Positions 50,451 to 60,531 of a DNA stretch of 64,000 nucleotides are shown in pieces. Source of the DNA: Minisyncoccia bacterium (GTDB taxonomy: Bacteria; Patescibacteriota; Minisyncoccia; Phycocordibacterales; UBA9973). The position numbers and the translations under genes were made by a program. The notes beneath the pieces are model-generated. The model saw nothing but the letters and a program-made list of their open reading frames with translations. It searched no databases and was not told the DNA's origin. Each line of letters starts with the position of its first letter. Position 1 is the stretch's first letter. The stretch is from positions 2,994-66,993 of the forward strand of contig JBMOIO010000004.1 of the NCBI GenBank assembly GCA_049317285.1. Reading direction: 5' to 3'.

Positions 50451-51638
50451 ATGCTCAAATTCACGATACAAAAGAAATTAGACGGAACACTTGCGCGAGC
50501 GGGGGTTATTGAGACGTCGAACGGCAAGATTGAAACGCCTGCATTTGTGACCGTAGGAACAAAGGCTGCCGTAAAAGCGCTCACCGCTGAGCAAGTGCGC
50601 AGTTTAAACGCACAAGTAGTGCTCGCGAATACGTACCATCTGTATCTTCAACCAGGACCCGATATCATAGAAAAAGCAGGCGGCTTTGGTCCGTTTATGG
50701 ACTGGCACGGGCCGACCATGACTGACTCGGGCGGGTTTCAGGCGTTTTCTCTTGGCGCTGCATTTGGAAGCCACGTGAGCAAAGTAACGCGCAATAACGA
50801 TGCGCCACTTGAAGACACTTCGGCGACAAAAGGACAGCTTGCAACCGTGACCGATGAAGGGGTTGAATTCAAGAGTCATATCGACGGAAGTAAACATTTA
50901 TTTACTCCGGAGCGAAGCATGGAAATACAGTGGAAACTTGGCGCGGATATGATATTTGCATTTGATGAGTGCACGAGCCCTACAGCTGCATATGAATACC
51001 AAAAGAAATCCCTTGACCGAACCTACGAGTGGGCAGTGCGAAGCCTCGCTCGCCACGAAGAATTGGACACTGAAAAAAAGCAGTCGATATTTGGCGTGAT
51101 ACAAGGCGGGCGCCACCAAGACTTGCGCGAAGAGGCTGCGCGAACGCTCGGAGCACTTGATTTCGACGGCTACGGTATCGGAGGCTCGTTTACGAAAGAC
51201 GATATCGGCAATGCAGTAGGGTGGGTCAATGCAATCCTGCCGTAAGACAAGCCGCGCCATTTGCTTGGCATCGGGGAACCTGTGGATATTTTTAATGCAG
51301 TAGAGGCAGGATGCGATTTGTTTGACTGTATTGCACCGACTCGTATGGGGCGCCATGGCACTATTCACACCGCAGACGGACGTATCAATATCAAGAACTC
51401 GGCCTTTATGACAGATTTTTCTCCGATTGAAAAAGACTGTACCTGCTACACCTGTACGCACCACACTCGCGCGTACATTGCACATCTCTTTCGTGCAAAC
51501 GAGTCAGCTGCCGGCACGCTTGCATCGATCCATAACCTTCATTTTATTTTACGGTTAGTAGAAAGTATGCGCGCAAGCATTCTTGACGGAAGTTTTGCAC
51601 AGCACAAGCAGTCTTTTATTGCACGCTACTACAAATAA
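50451..51638 (+). pseudogene. tgt: queuine tRNA-ribosyltransferase (tgt) interrupted by one in-frame TAA at 51243..51245
   Basis: The two listed ORFs (50451..51245 and 51261..51638) are in the same frame and together give full-length Tgt: ...NAILP*DKPRHLLGIGEPVD..., with the Zn site CTCYTC...H intact. The stop falls where Tgt has a variable residue before DKPRYLMG. Confidence 0.7.
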
Positions 51639-51666
51639 CAATAAAGGGGTGGTATACTTTAGGCGT

Positions 51667-51837
51667 ATGTTTTCAGTCCGCAAATCACTTGTTTATTTTT
51701 TGGTTTTCGTTGTTATCGGAGCATTTGTTGTGTATAACATCGTTAATACTGCATGGGACGGTACGTATGATTATGACAAGGAGTATGGCTATGCCGTGGG
51801 GAATACCGACGAATATACTCCCGACCCGGTTCAATAA
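51667..51837 (+). CDS. small hypothetical membrane protein
   Basis: MFSVRKSLVYFLVFVVIGAFVVYNIV... has one TM. The listed ORF 51583..51837 overlaps the tgt 3' end, so the internal start was chosen. Confidence 0.3.
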   Translation: MFSVRKSLVYFLVFVVIGAFVVYNIVNTAWDGTYDYDKEYGYAVGNTDEYTPDPVQ

Positions 51838-51866
51838 AGAAGAGCGCATAACAGCGCTCTTCTTTA
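51836..51866 (+). terminator. rho-independent terminator
   Basis: AAGAAGAGCGCataacaGCGCTCTTCTTT. Confidence 0.5.
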
Positions 51867-51881
51867 TGATATAGTGCTTTC

Positions 51882-53981
51882 ATGAAAAGCGGTGCATTTG
51901 AGCTCCATAGTGAGTTTCCGCCAGCCGGGGACCAGCCTGAAGCGATCAAGCAATTGATCAAGGGCGTGAAAAAGGGTTTGAAAAAACAAACCCTTTTAGG
52001 TGCGACCGGTACCGGAAAAACGTTTACCATGGCAAATGTCATTGCTGAAATCCAAAAGCCGACCTTGGTGATAGCTCACAACAAAACGCTTGCCGCCCAG
52101 CTTGCCAGCGAGTTTGAGGAATTTTTCCCGAACAATGCTGTGCACTATTTTGTTTCCTACTACGACTACTACCAGCCGGAAGCATACATGCCAGTGACCG
52201 ATACGTTTATCGAAAAAGACGCACAGATCAACAAAGAGATCGACCGTCTTCGTCATGCATCCACTCAGGCACTTCTGACGCGCAACGATGTGATCATTGT
52301 CGCCTCTGTTTCTTGTATCTATGGTCTCGGTTCCCCGGTGGAATACGAGAAAAAGAATTTTAAGATAGAGAAAGGGATGACACTTTCGCGCACCGAAGCA
52401 ATGCAGCGCTTGATCAGCATTCACTTTGAGCGCACTCCTGCCGATCTTTCACCTGCCAAATTCCGCGCACTCGGAAATAAAATCGAAGTGATGCCAGTGT
52501 CGGAGACATTTCAATACATGATCGAATTTTCCGGAAGCACCGTTTCTTCTATTTTAAAAATCGACCCAGTCTCTGCCCGTATTATCGCTGAAGAAGAGAC
52601 GGTGTATATCTTTCCGGCAAAGCACTTTGTCACTGATGTCAACGAAAAGGAGCGTGCTGCAAAAGACATTCAGCACGAGCTCAATGAACAGCTAAAGTAT
52701 TTTGAAGCAGAAGGAAAGCTTTTGGAAGCGGAGCGTATCAAGCGCCGTACCAACTACGATCTCGCGATGATCCGCGAGATGGGGTACTGCAGTGGTATTG
52801 AAAACTACTCCCGCCATATGTCCGGCAAAACTGTCGGCGAACCACCCGAAACATTGCTTTCGTATTTCCCAAAAAAACCTGATGGTAGTCCTGATTTCAT
52901 GCTCTTTATTGATGAGTCGCATGTGACTTTGCCGCAGCTGCAGGGAATGTATGCCGGCGACGCATCGCGCAAAAATACGCTCGTAGAATTCGGCTTTCGA
53001 TTACCTTCGGCAAAAGATAATAGGCCATTGAAGTACAATGAATTTGAAGAGCGTATTAATCAGGTGGTCTATGTTTCCGCAACACCAAGCACGCTTGAGC
53101 GCGAAAGCTCCGACGCAATCGTCGAGCAGATTATCCGCCCGACCGGTCTTGTCGACCCACTGGTTGAAGTGCGCCCCATTTTGGAAGAAAAAGCGGGCAA
53201 GTCCCCACTTCGCCCTGAGGGCTACGCGGGGCAAGTTTCGGACTTTATCACTGAAGTGGAAATCGAAATCAAAAAGGGTGGGCGTGTGCTCGCAACCACA
53301 CTCACTAAGCGCATGGCAGAAGACCTCTCAGCGTACTTAAAGGAAAAGAAAATAAAATCAGAATACTTGCACAGCGATATTAAAACAATTGAGCGTATTC
53401 AAATCATCACCAAGTTCCGCAAGGGAGAGTTTGATGTCCTCGTTGGGGTGAACCTGCTTCGCGAAGGCTTGGATATGCCGGAGGTAACGCTTATTGGGAT
53501 ATTGGATGCCGACAAGGAAGGCTTTCTTCGAAGCGAGGTGTCGCTGATTCAGACAATCGGGCGTGCTGCCCGCAACTCAAACGGCCGGGTGATTCTCTAC
53601 GCTGACCATATCACCGGCTCGATGGATCGCGCGATGGGGGAGACAAAGCGCCGTCGCGATATTCAGCTTGCGTACAACAAAACGCACGGTATCACGCCGA
53701 AAACAATCCAAAAGAAGATTCGCGATATTTCTCAGGCACTTGAAAGCGAACATGCAAAAGCGGTGAACAAAGAGCTCGCGCTTGATATGGAGCTCTTTGC
53801 CGCAGAAGAGCTCGCAAACAAGGGCAAGAAAACAAAAGGAAAGAAAAACCCAATCGAGAAATTGATTGCTATCAAGGAAGCCGAAATGAAAGAGTCAGTA
53901 AAACTGCTCGACTTTGAAACAGCCGCAATCTTGCGCGACGAGATAAAAGTCCTTCGTGAGAAAACCTATATCAGCGAGTAA
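51882..53981 (+). CDS. uvrB: excinuclease ABC subunit B
   Basis: GATGTGKT Walker A, helicase motifs and a C-terminal UVR domain; 699 aa. An extended -10 TGATATAGT lies 7 nt before the ATG. Confidence 0.95.
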   Translation: MKSGAFELHSEFPPAGDQPEAIKQLIKGVKKGLKKQTLLGATGTGKTFTMANVIAEIQKPTLVIAHNKTLAAQLASEFEEFFPNNAVHYFVSYYDYYQPEAYMPVTDTFIEKDAQINKEIDRLRHASTQALLTRNDVIIVASVSCIYGLGSPVEYEKKNFKIEKGMTLSRTEAMQRLISIHFERTPADLSPAKFRALGNKIEVMPVSETFQYMIEFSGSTVSSILKIDPVSARIIAEEETVYIFPAKHFVTDVNEKERAAKDIQHELNEQLKYFEAEGKLLEAERIKRRTNYDLAMIREMGYCSGIENYSRHMSGKTVGEPPETLLSYFPKKPDGSPDFMLFIDESHVTLPQLQGMYAGDASRKNTLVEFGFRLPSAKDNRPLKYNEFEERINQVVYVSATPSTLERESSDAIVEQIIRPTGLVDPLVEVRPILEEKAGKSPLRPEGYAGQVSDFITEVEIEIKKGGRVLATTLTKRMAEDLSAYLKEKKIKSEYLHSDIKTIERIQIITKFRKGEFDVLVGVNLLREGLDMPEVTLIGILDADKEGFLRSEVSLIQTIGRAARNSNGRVILYADHITGSMDRAMGETKRRRDIQLAYNKTHGITPKTIQKKIRDISQALESEHAKAVNKELALDMELFAAEELANKGKKTKGKKNPIEKLIAIKEAEMKESVKLLDFETAAILRDEIKVLREKTYISE

Positions 53982-53984
53982 TGA

Positions 53985-54428
53985 TTATTTCTTGAGTGGG
54001 TCGAGGTGCGAAACGATACCGATTGCAGCTGCAATGAGGGCGAGGTTTTTGATGATGTACTGCCCGACAAGGGTGGGAACAAACGGTGCGCTAAAGCTTT
54101 CGCTTGGAAGAAAAACAAGAGGGAGGGCAGTAGTTATCATGTGAATAAGAAGTAGTGGCATGACAACGCGCTCGGCACCTTTGATAAGAAAGAGAACACC
54201 GATGAGCATTTCAAATAATGCAAAAAGTGCGTAAAAGGTTGCAAACGGCATTGCCCAGGCAAGTGTTGTGTCAAAAAGCCCGTGAACCAGGGGTCCTGCA
54301 GGGGAAAGGCCAATAAGCTTTAGTGTCCCAAACCAAAAGAAAATAATAAAGAGGGAGCCACGCGCCACAGGGACTGAACTGCGGCGGAAAAAAGCTAGTA
54401 TTGTGCGGTCAATTTGTCGAATAGTCAT
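53985..54428 (-). CDS. DoxX-like small polytopic membrane protein
   Basis: 147 aa, four TM helices; a DoxX-like layout. Confidence 0.45.
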   Translation of the reverse strand: MTIRQIDRTILAFFRRSSVPVARGSLFIIFFWFGTLKLIGLSPAGPLVHGLFDTTLAWAMPFATFYALFALFEMLIGVLFLIKGAERVVMPLLLIHMITTALPLVFLPSESFSAPFVPTLVGQYIIKNLALIAAAIGIVSHLDPLKK

Positions 54429-54487
54429 AGGAAACAGTGTATCATATGCCCCTTTTAAAAAGGGGGTATTTTTGCTATACTGTATTG

Positions 54488-57184
54488 ATGCCTACTACTC
54501 CCAAAGACTCTCCCAAGACTCCTAAAAATAGCGAAAAGCACAGCATTGACTACGGCACAATCGTGGTTAAGGGCGCACGCACGCACAACCTTAAAAATGT
54601 GAGTGTCGAAATGCCCCGTGGAAGAATGGTGGCGATCACTGGCCTTTCAGGTTCTGGAAAGTCTTCACTTGCTTTTGACACTATTTTTGCCGAAGGACAG
54701 CGCCGGTATGTCGAGTCGCTCTCTTCCTATGCCCGCCAATTTTTAAACCAAATGCCAAAGCCCGATGTCGATGAGATCACTGGCCTTTCGCCCGCTATTT
54801 CTATCGACCAAAAGTCGCGCTCTAACAACCCGCGCTCAACGGTAGCGACTATTACTGAAATCTACGACTACCTTCGTGTGCTCTATGCCCGTATTGGGAA
54901 AGCATATTGCCCGGTCTGTGGCACACTGATCACTCGTCTTTCAACTGACGAGATCAACGCATTCATCCTCGGCAAGATTAAGGAATTTTCTAAGACGAAG
55001 AAGGCGGATAAGGATGTGATGGGCGTCACCTTCAACGATACTCGCATACAAATTTTTGCCCCTGTCGTGCGCGGGCGAAAAGGCGAGTACTATCAGCTTT
55101 TGTATGATTTGCTCGGGCGCGGATTTTCAACTGTGCGTGTCGACGGCACCACACATAGCCTTCGCGAAAAGATCGAGCTTTCAAAAACAACAAAGCACAC
55201 TATTGAAGTATTGGTGGACGAGCTTGCTGTGCACGAATTCAAAGATAATCCGCGCGACTCAGAGCTCCGTCTTTCAGAAGCGGTAGAGCGCGCACTATTG
55301 GAAAGTGATGGATTGGTGCAAGTGGTGTTTGGCGTAAGTCCCGACTTTGCCATGCAGACTGACAGCCTGCAGGAATTTTTGATGTCGTCGAAATTTTCGT
55401 GTCCCAACGACGGCTTTTCATTTCCAGAAATCGAGCCACGATTGTTTTCATTTAACTCGCCGTATGGCGCGTGCCCGGAGTGTAATGGTATTGGGACCAA
55501 GTTTTTTGGCGGTAGCGAGCCCTGTACTGTTTGTAATGGCAAGCGCCTTCGTCCTGAAGCGCTTAACATCTTTTTAGGTGAAGGTCGTACTAAAAAAGGG
55601 GAGGCCGACCGTGGAGATTATGGGACTAATATTGTGGACCTCACTTCATTTTCTGTAGAACAGGCATTTGATTTCTTTGGTTCATTGAAACTCTCTGCAA
55701 AAGACAAAGAGGTTGCAACACCGATCTTGCGCGAAATCGAAGACCGCCTCACCTTTCTTTTGAATGTTGGCTTGGAATATCTCGCACTTTCTCGTACTGC
55801 AAACACACTCTCTGGCGGGGAAGCGCAACGCATCAGACTTGCATCCCAGCTTGGTTCTCGATTGGTGGGTGCTATGTATGTGCTCGACGAGCCGACGATT
55901 GGCTTGCATCAGCGCGACAACGAGCGCCTTATTAAAACGCTTTTGGACCTTCGCGATATCGGTAACACTATTATCGTAGTGGAGCATGATGAAGACACTA
56001 TCTTTGCTTCCGACTATTTGGTGGATATCGGCCCCGGTGCCGGCATTCATGGAGGAAATGTTGTGGTCTCTGGCTATCTTGACGACTTGCTTGCCGCAAA
56101 GAACAATGACTCAGGCTCGCGCACACTTGCCTATCTTCGGCGTGAAGAAGAAATTGCTATTCCTGAGAAACGACGCGATGACGACAAGGGAATGATCCGC
56201 ATTGTCGGCGCGCACTTGCATAATATTGTGAATCAAAACATTGAGCTTCCGCTTGGGCGCATGGTGTGTATCACTGGTGTATCAGGGAGCGGAAAAAGTA
56301 CTTTCCTTTATGAAGTGTTATACAAAAACCTCCAGGCTCGTTTTGAAAGAAAACTGCGGAGTGCGCAAATCTATAACTGCGCGTCTATTACTGGCACTGA
56401 ATATTTACAGCGAGCGATTATGATCGACCAGTCTGCTATCGGCCGCACCCCTCGCTCAAATATTGCGACGTATACTGGGGCATTTACTCATATTCGAGAA
56501 ATTTTTGCCGCAACCGAAGAAGCGCGCTTGCGCGGATGGAAGCTCAACCGCTTTTCATTTAATGTGAAAGGGGGGCGATGCGAAGCCTGCGAAGGAAACG
56601 GGCAGATCGCGGTGGAAATGCACTTTTTGCCGACAGTGTATGTGACGTGTGATGTCTGCAATGGCAAGCGCTTTGATAAAGAAACACTCACCGTCAAATA
56701 CAAAAAGAAAAACATTTATGACGTGCTCCAGCTTTCTGTTGAAGAGGCGCTCGAATTCTTTATAGATATTCCCGCTATTTCAGACCGCCTTAAAACGCTC
56801 TCTGATGTGGGATTGCACTATGTAAAACTGGGGCAGTCCGCAACAACTCTTTCCGGAGGTGAAGCGCAGCGGGTAAAAATCGCGTCCGAGTTGTATCGTC
56901 CGTACATGGAAAAAACAATGTATCTGTTGGACGAGCCGACGGTGGGACTCCACTATGACGACGTGAACAACCTCATTGGCGTGCTGAACCGCTTGGTGGC
57001 AAAAGGAAATACTGTTGTTGTGATCGAGCACAACCTCGACCTTATCAAGTGCGCGGACTGGCTGATCGACTTTGGTCCTGAAGGCGGAGTTCATGGCGGA
57101 AAGATTGTGGCAAAAGGAACACCTGAAGCGGTTGCAAATACTGCCAAGAGCTTCACCGGACAATACTTGAAAAAGATTTTGTAA
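54488..57184 (+). CDS. uvrA: excinuclease ABC subunit A
   Basis: Two ABC ATPase modules ([20 protein letters not shown]) and Zn-finger cysteine pairs. The start is taken at MPTTPK, preceded by an extended -10 TGCTATACT; the listed ORF starts at 54437. Confidence 0.95.
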   Translation: MPTTPKDSPKTPKNSEKHSIDYGTIVVKGARTHNLKNVSVEMPRGRMVAITGLSGSGKSSLAFDTIFAEGQRRYVESLSSYARQFLNQMPKPDVDEITGLSPAISIDQKSRSNNPRSTVATITEIYDYLRVLYARIGKAYCPVCGTLITRLSTDEINAFILGKIKEFSKTKKADKDVMGVTFNDTRIQIFAPVVRGRKGEYYQLLYDLLGRGFSTVRVDGTTHSLREKIELSKTTKHTIEVLVDELAVHEFKDNPRDSELRLSEAVERALLESDGLVQVVFGVSPDFAMQTDSLQEFLMSSKFSCPNDGFSFPEIEPRLFSFNSPYGACPECNGIGTKFFGGSEPCTVCNGKRLRPEALNIFLGEGRTKKGEADRGDYGTNIVDLTSFSVEQAFDFFGSLKLSAKDKEVATPILREIEDRLTFLLNVGLEYLALSRTANTLSGGEAQRIRLASQLGSRLVGAMYVLDEPTIGLHQRDNERLIKTLLDLRDIGNTIIVVEHDEDTIFASDYLVDIGPGAGIHGGNVVVSGYLDDLLAAKNNDSGSRTLAYLRREEEIAIPEKRRDDDKGMIRIVGAHLHNIVNQNIELPLGRMVCITGVSGSGKSTFLYEVLYKNLQARFERKLRSAQIYNCASITGTEYLQRAIMIDQSAIGRTPRSNIATYTGAFTHIREIFAATEEARLRGWKLNRFSFNVKGGRCEACEGNGQIAVEMHFLPTVYVTCDVCNGKRFDKETLTVKYKKKNIYDVLQLSVEEALEFFIDIPAISDRLKTLSDVGLHYVKLGQSATTLSGGEAQRVKIASELYRPYMEKTMYLLDEPTVGLHYDDVNNLIGVLNRLVAKGNTVVVIEHNLDLIKCADWLIDFGPEGGVHGGKIVAKGTPEAVANTAKSFTGQYLKKIL

Positions 57185-57822
57185 TGCTTACTCCAAAAGC
57201 ACAGGATATATGGAAAAAAATCGCCCCCGTGCTTTTGAAACAGTATCGGCGCGACAATACTTTTTTGGATTATAAAAACCCGTGGGAGCTTTCTGTTGCA
57301 GTGACTCTTTCCGCACAGACTACTGACGATATGGTAAACAAGGTGACCCCTGCATTGTTTAAAGCGTATCCTACACCCGAGAAATTGGCGAAAGCACCGA
57401 TTGGAAAAATTTCGGCACTTGTCAGCCGTCTGGGATTTTATCGCACCAAAGCGAAATATATAAAGGCAGCAGCAGAGGTGTTGGTACGAGAATTTAAGGG
57501 AGTGGTGCCCCATGACCCCGACCTTATCCAAAAACTTCCCGGTATTGGGCGCAAGGGCGCGATTGCAGTGATATCAAATGCCTATCCAAAATATAAAAAT
57601 ATTGGCATCCCGGTCGATACGCATGTGATTCGTTTTGTAAAACGTTTTGAGCTGACGCGCGCGACCGACCCTTCCAAAATAGAGCAAGACCTGCTTCAGA
57701 TTATTCCAAAAAAAGACTGGAAGCGCGCAGGCTACGCGATAAAAGAATACGGGCGAAAAGAGGGGAAGGCTCGGGGGTACAAGCCAGAGATCGACCCACT
57801 GATGAAAGCATTGAAAAAATAA
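57184..57822 (+). CDS. nth: endonuclease III-like HhH-GPD glycosylase lacking the Fe-S cysteine cluster
   Basis: LPGIGRKGAIAV HhH and the GIPVDTHV catalytic Asp loop; no cysteines at all. Confidence 0.75.
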   Translation: MLTPKAQDIWKKIAPVLLKQYRRDNTFLDYKNPWELSVAVTLSAQTTDDMVNKVTPALFKAYPTPEKLAKAPIGKISALVSRLGFYRTKAKYIKAAAEVLVREFKGVVPHDPDLIQKLPGIGRKGAIAVISNAYPKYKNIGIPVDTHVIRFVKRFELTRATDPSKIEQDLLQIIPKKDWKRAGYAIKEYGRKEGKARGYKPEIDPLMKALKK

Positions 57823-57855
57823 ACGCCATCGATTTTACTCGATGGCGTTATTATT
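57822..57855. terminator. bidirectional terminator
   Basis: AAACGCCATCGAttttacTCGATGGCGTT with a perfect 11-bp stem. Confidence 0.6.
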
Positions 57856-58108
57856 ACGATTTAAAGCCAATCACTACTCTTGTTTTTGGTCGACCAATGT
57901 CAAACGATGATTTTGAAGCAAATTCATAGCACTCCCATATTTGATCTTCATTTAAACCGGTTTTTTCAGTGATGTAGGTAATGTTCTTTCGCAAGCGATC
58001 AACAGGGGGCATTCCTTCAAAAACGATTTCTATAATCTTTAGTATCCCCAGTTTATAAATTAGTTCTTTCTGATGGTTGTTAGGAGAGTTAAAGTCTAAA
58101 CTTTTCAT
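57854..58108 (-). CDS. hypothetical small protein with a possible HTH (AT-rich insert between nth and uvrC)
   Basis: 84 aa; KNITYITEKTGLNEDQIWE looks HTH-like; low GC. Confidence 0.3.
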   Translation of the reverse strand: MKSLDFNSPNNHQKELIYKLGILKIIEIVFEGMPPVDRLRKNITYITEKTGLNEDQIWECYEFASKSSFDIGRPKTRVVIGFKS

Positions 58109-58141
58109 ATTCTTAGTTTTTTGTTATAATACCACCATATT

Positions 58142-59389
58142 ATGCTTCGTCAAGAGTTAGACAATTTGAAACTGCCAAACACTCCGGGTGTGTATTTCTG
58201 GCGCAATGTCGCTGGGACTATTTTGTATATTGGCAAGGCAACAAGCTTGCGGGAGCGCACGCGCAGTTATTTTGCGCCGGATTTGATCAAAACCCGCGGG
58301 CCACGGCTTGTGGACATGGTGTTTAAGTCTACGACGGTTACTTGGCAAGAAACTGATAGTGTTTTGGAAGCACTGATTCTTGAAGCGAACCTCATCAAGA
58401 AACATCAGCCCTACTACAACCGCGACGAAAAGGATGACAAGAGCTTTAACTGTATCGCCCTTACCAAGGAAGCATATCCGCGTATCTTGTTGGTGCGCCA
58501 GAAAGATATTGATAGCAGGAATAAACTCATCACGTTACCAAAGCAAAAAGGAATACAAATTCCCTATGATGCAGTGTTTGGTCCGTACCCGCGCGGGTCT
58601 TCTTTGAAAGACGCGCTTGCTATTATCCGCAAGATTTTCCCCTTTCGTGACCGGGCAAGCGCCATGAAAGACAAGGAAATATTTTACCGCCAAATTGGCC
58701 TGGCCCCGGATGTCACCTCTGTTGAAGCGACAAAGCAATACAAGAAAAATATTGGGCGTATCAAGCTTATTTTGCAAGGGAAATTGAAGCCGTTGGTGGA
58801 AGCATTGAAAAAAGAAATGCTTACGAAAGCAAAAGCGGAGAAATTTGAAGAGGCAAATGAGTTGAAGCAAAAGATATTTGCGCTCGAGCATATCCAGGAT
58901 GTGTCTCTCATCAAGCGCGACTTGGTGACTGGCGGCGGCGCAAATGTATTTCGCATTGAGGCGTACGATGTGGCGCATATTTCCGGCAAACAGATGGTGG
59001 GTGTGATGACGGTGGTTGAGAATGCGACGACAAACAAAAACGAGTACCGCAAATTTATCATTCGCGGGTTTGAAAAAGCAAACGATGCGGGAGCGCTTCG
59101 CGAAATGCTTATGCGCCGTCTCGCGCACCCCGAGTGGTCGTACCCAAATGCAATCGTGGTGGACGGAAATATCATACAGATGAATGTGGCGACTGCAGTT
59201 TTGAGTGAATTAAAGCTCGACATACCGGTCATAGCGGTGACAAAAGATGAACGACATCGACCCAAAGCGATCAGTGGCCCAACTGAGATCATCGAACTTC
59301 ACAAATACGCAATCCTGCTTGCGAACAGCGAGTCGCACCGCTTTGCGCTTTCTTTCCATAAAGACAGACGAAGCAAAGCGATGGTATAG
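58142..59389 (+). CDS. uvrC: excinuclease ABC subunit C, short form lacking the C-terminal (HhH)2 domain
   Basis: N-terminal GIY-YIG (PGVYFWRN...ILYIGKATSLRER), a UVR motif (EKFEEANELKQKIFALEH) and an RNase H-like endonuclease region (IEAYDVAHISG); only 415 aa. Confidence 0.8.
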   Translation: MLRQELDNLKLPNTPGVYFWRNVAGTILYIGKATSLRERTRSYFAPDLIKTRGPRLVDMVFKSTTVTWQETDSVLEALILEANLIKKHQPYYNRDEKDDKSFNCIALTKEAYPRILLVRQKDIDSRNKLITLPKQKGIQIPYDAVFGPYPRGSSLKDALAIIRKIFPFRDRASAMKDKEIFYRQIGLAPDVTSVEATKQYKKNIGRIKLILQGKLKPLVEALKKEMLTKAKAEKFEEANELKQKIFALEHIQDVSLIKRDLVTGGGANVFRIEAYDVAHISGKQMVGVMTVVENATTNKNEYRKFIIRGFEKANDAGALREMLMRRLAHPEWSYPNAIVVDGNIIQMNVATAVLSELKLDIPVIAVTKDERHRPKAISGPTEIIELHKYAILLANSESHRFALSFHKDRRSKAMV

Positions 59390-59400
59390 GGTTTAATAAA

Positions 59401-59504
59401 ATGGGTATAGTCCTTGAGAACCGTCTAACGGAGGCTGTCTGAGCCGAGTTGGATAAAATTTCAGCAGAAATTTATGTGTGCGGTTCGAGGGGAGCTATAC
59501 CCAT
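59401..59504 (-). repeat. intergenic hairpin repeat, copy F (reverse orientation), between uvrC and ddl
   Basis: ATGGGTATAGTCCTTGAGAACCG ... CGGTTCGAGGGGAGCTATACCCAT arms around the reverse-complemented core. Confidence 0.6.
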
Positions 59505-59556
59505 TTTATTATTAACAGTAAGAAAAATTTTAGTTCGGAATGCTATACTATTTCTA

Positions 59557-60513
59557 ATGAAACGTATTGGTATTCTTCGCGGTGGCGTGAGCCCCGAATA
59601 TCACCTCTCTCTAAAGACAGGCGCAAATGTTGGTCGTGCACTTGCAGAGGCCGGCTTTGAAGCAATCGATATGCTCTTAGATAAAGATGGCGTGCTCCAT
59701 ATAAAAGGAGTGCCAGCAGATCTTGAAAAAACACAGTCGAGTGTGGACGCTGTATGGAATGCACTTCATGGCGAGTTTGGTGAAGACGGACAAGTCCAGC
59801 GCATGCTTGAGAGCTATGGGATTCCGTTTACTGGTTCAGGTACTTTGGCAAGCGCATTAGCTTTCAATAAAGCCACCGCAAAAGATACTGCAAAAAATTT
59901 AGGTCTCAATACCCCGCAGTCACTCCTTGTTATGCCTGACGGTACAGAAAGCGTGTCAGAAATAACACAGCGCATTTATAAAACAATGGCGCCACCGTGG
60001 GTACTCAAGCCGCTCACAGGGGGCGGAAGTGTCCGCGCATACTTTGCCTTTACTCCGCTTGAGCTTTCGCAGTTTGTCGACGACAGTGTGGGTCATGCCG
60101 CACCATTTTTAGCGGAGCAGTATATTGAGGGGCGGGAAGCGGCAGTGGGTGTGGTAAACGATTTTCGAAATGAAAGCGAGTACGTGTTGCCAGTGATGGA
60201 AATCCGCTCGCCCAGCCGCGGAGTCTTAAGTCACGGCATGCGCACTAGTGACGAGGACTATGCCGTGCCGACAGGGAGCTTTACCGCAAGCGAACGGGAA
60301 GAGCTAAGCACTCTTGCGCGAAAGCTCCACGCCACCTTTGATGCAAAAGACTATTCGCAGAGCGAATTTATTGTCGACAAGCGCGGGAAGATTTGGTTTA
60401 TCGAAATCGATACGCATCCACACCTCACAGATAACGCACCTTTTCTCAAGGCGCTCGATTCTGTCGGCTCAAGCTTGCAGGAATTTGTGAAATCAATTCT
60501 TGAGAATAAGTAA
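59557..60513 (+). CDS. ddl: D-alanine--D-alanine ligase
   Basis: MKRIGILRGGVSPEYHLSL..., ATP-grasp region; start taken at the internal Met of the listed ORF, preceded by an extended -10 TGCTATACT. Confidence 0.85.
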   Translation: MKRIGILRGGVSPEYHLSLKTGANVGRALAEAGFEAIDMLLDKDGVLHIKGVPADLEKTQSSVDAVWNALHGEFGEDGQVQRMLESYGIPFTGSGTLASALAFNKATAKDTAKNLGLNTPQSLLVMPDGTESVSEITQRIYKTMAPPWVLKPLTGGGSVRAYFAFTPLELSQFVDDSVGHAAPFLAEQYIEGREAAVGVVNDFRNESEYVLPVMEIRSPSRGVLSHGMRTSDEDYAVPTGSFTASEREELSTLARKLHATFDAKDYSQSEFIVDKRGKIWFIEIDTHPHLTDNAPFLKALDSVGSSLQEFVKSILENK

Positions 60514-60531
60514 CAGTGCTACACTGTATTT

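Noticed and set aside
51243-51245. Alternative genetic code (stop-codon reassignment) as the explanation for the tgt internal TAA
   Set aside because: TAA, TGA and TAG each terminate clearly complete housekeeping genes in this window (for example rpoB and rpoD end in TAA/TAG and several others in TGA). The standard code applies, so the tgt TAA is treated as a genuine interruption or a sequencing error.
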